A stretch of DNA of 64,000 bases, from the NCBI GenBank assembly GCA_037379345.1, contig CM074520.1, positions 17,277,488-17,341,487 of the forward strand, written 5' to 3'. The position numbers were made by a program, and so were the translations under genes. Positions 62,553 through 64,000 of the stretch are shown here, piece by piece (the stretch's first letter is position 1; the number at the start of each line of letters is the position of its first letter). The notes below the pieces were generated by a model that did no database searches, was not told the DNA's origin, and was given only the letters and a program-made list of their open reading frames with translations. The stretch is from Perna viridis. Its lineage: Eukaryota.

Positions 62553-64000
62553 CCTACTACAAATATTATTTTCTATGGTGAGTTGAAGATGATGACCGAA
62601 TGTTATCAAATAATACTTAATAGATAAGACCACGCCCCCAATTACATAATGTACATCAAAGTCGTTTCTTTTAAGTTTTTACTGTGTTTTTGCATTTAGA
62701 AGATGAGGTGCCGGTAGTAACAAAAGTGCTCTGAAAATTCAAATAGTCAACAGGATATATAATATTTATCTTGTCAACCATTTTCATCGTTCAAATTACC
62801 GGCAGAAAGGTTTCATAAAGTGTGGTACTGTATTATCATCGGTGAATGCTTACAGTGAGCCTTCACAATCGGTCATTAAGTTCCATAGAGATATACTGTT
62901 TTTTGTATGGTATGGGATTGGGCAGGTGAACTTCGACCAACTTCCAGTTGTTTTTGTACTGTGTATAGTCAATCTGATTACTTTGACTATAAGAAACAGC
63001 TTTGTTATGAACAAGCTCCTTCTGGTATTGCAAGAAACATGTTTCAACCTGGGAAACGGCAAACGTCATGTCTTCTTTGTATATATACCACCCTCTATGG
63101 TGTATTTTGGTAAAAATGTCGTATCCGATCTTTCTATATCGATTGATTCTTGTTGTGGCCATAGATTAGATACTACTGCCGAATTTTGCAAAAAGAAACC
63201 AGCGGTGTCGAAGGACTTAAACTATCGTACCAATGCCAAGCACCTAGTCTCATTTAACTTTTCTCTGCACCCACCTTAATGGTTCAAAAGAACGAGCGAT
63301 AGTTACAGCCACTGAATAACTGCTACCAGTTTCAATTTAAGTAAGCCTGTCCGTTACGCCAAGTATACCATCAGGGTATTCAGCTTCTATGTAGGCTTTA
63401 AATTTGATGCTACATTAACTCGTTAAACTGGAACATTTTTCAACATAATTAGAACGTTTGCTCATATTCCTCTGGAAATCCGCGAGCCTTTATTTTTTGC
63501 CTGTAAAACTCTCTTAATTCTGTATTAAACTTCTAATATATTTCCGACTTTATACTTACAGTATGGTTCCCCTGCTTTTCTTTTTATGCAGTAGTAAATA
63601 AAAAAAAAAAAAAAAACGACAGAAAAACTTACAGTCGATCAAGTACTTGCTTCATATACTAGTAAATAATAGCACACCTGAAAACTTAATAAACCTGGTC
63701 TCCTTCATTATACTCCTGCTTCGAAAGCAGAATGTACACATTTATCAGTGTGTACGCCATTTGTTACAGCTTTCTCTACATACATATCACAAGTACTTGT
63801 TGGTATGCCATATTTAGACTGTTGTGACACCAACTTTGTTTATACTTTGTCCACATGGTTTGAATCGTTCAAAAAGTTATATATTGTATTTTTAAAACAT
63901 GACTATGTTCACTTTACACTTGTTTTAAAACGTCGAATCAATGCCGACAATAAAACAAAGATATTAGACTCTCAAAAGATGAAATCCAAATATAAATATA

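Noticed and set aside
62700-63420. Overlapping ORFs after the gap as the PLE endonuclease or another transposase
   Set aside because: No GIY-YIG or other motif could be recognised with confidence; possibly decayed coding DNA, left uncalled.

Overview
AT-rich animal genomic DNA, most likely a bivalve mollusc (inferred from the repeat families). Three host genes are supported, all on the + strand. (1) A 7-coding-exon FANCB orthologue (13049-34359, about 829 aa; all six splice junctions checked for GT-AG and phase). (2) An intronless ankyrin-repeat + Mab-21/cGAS-like nucleotidyltransferase (cGLR) gene (35670-38374) with intact catalytic motifs but an apparent 1-nt frameshift near its 5' end. (3) A 7-exon LAPTM4/DUF4728-like four-TM protein with PY motifs (42810-53162, 241 aa). 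The rest is dense in mobile DNA: at least nine copies of one Penelope-like retroelement family, a second PLE family, a CR1/L2 LINE nested in a PLE with an 8-bp TSD, nested Academ-type DNA transposons, a MULE-like remnant, a Helentron/HINE-like element carrying a 172-bp satellite, several MITEs and a SINE. The most unusual items are a decayed Zn-finger + TatD nuclease ORF whose hairpin-ended 3' tail recurs as an inverted tandem array (possible mobile TatD element), the ANK-cGLR candidate immune receptor, two twister-ribozyme-like sequences (one inside a PLE-linked repeat), and a covarying structured RNA in the PLE 3' UTR. All family calls rest on motif recognition by eye; no searches were run.
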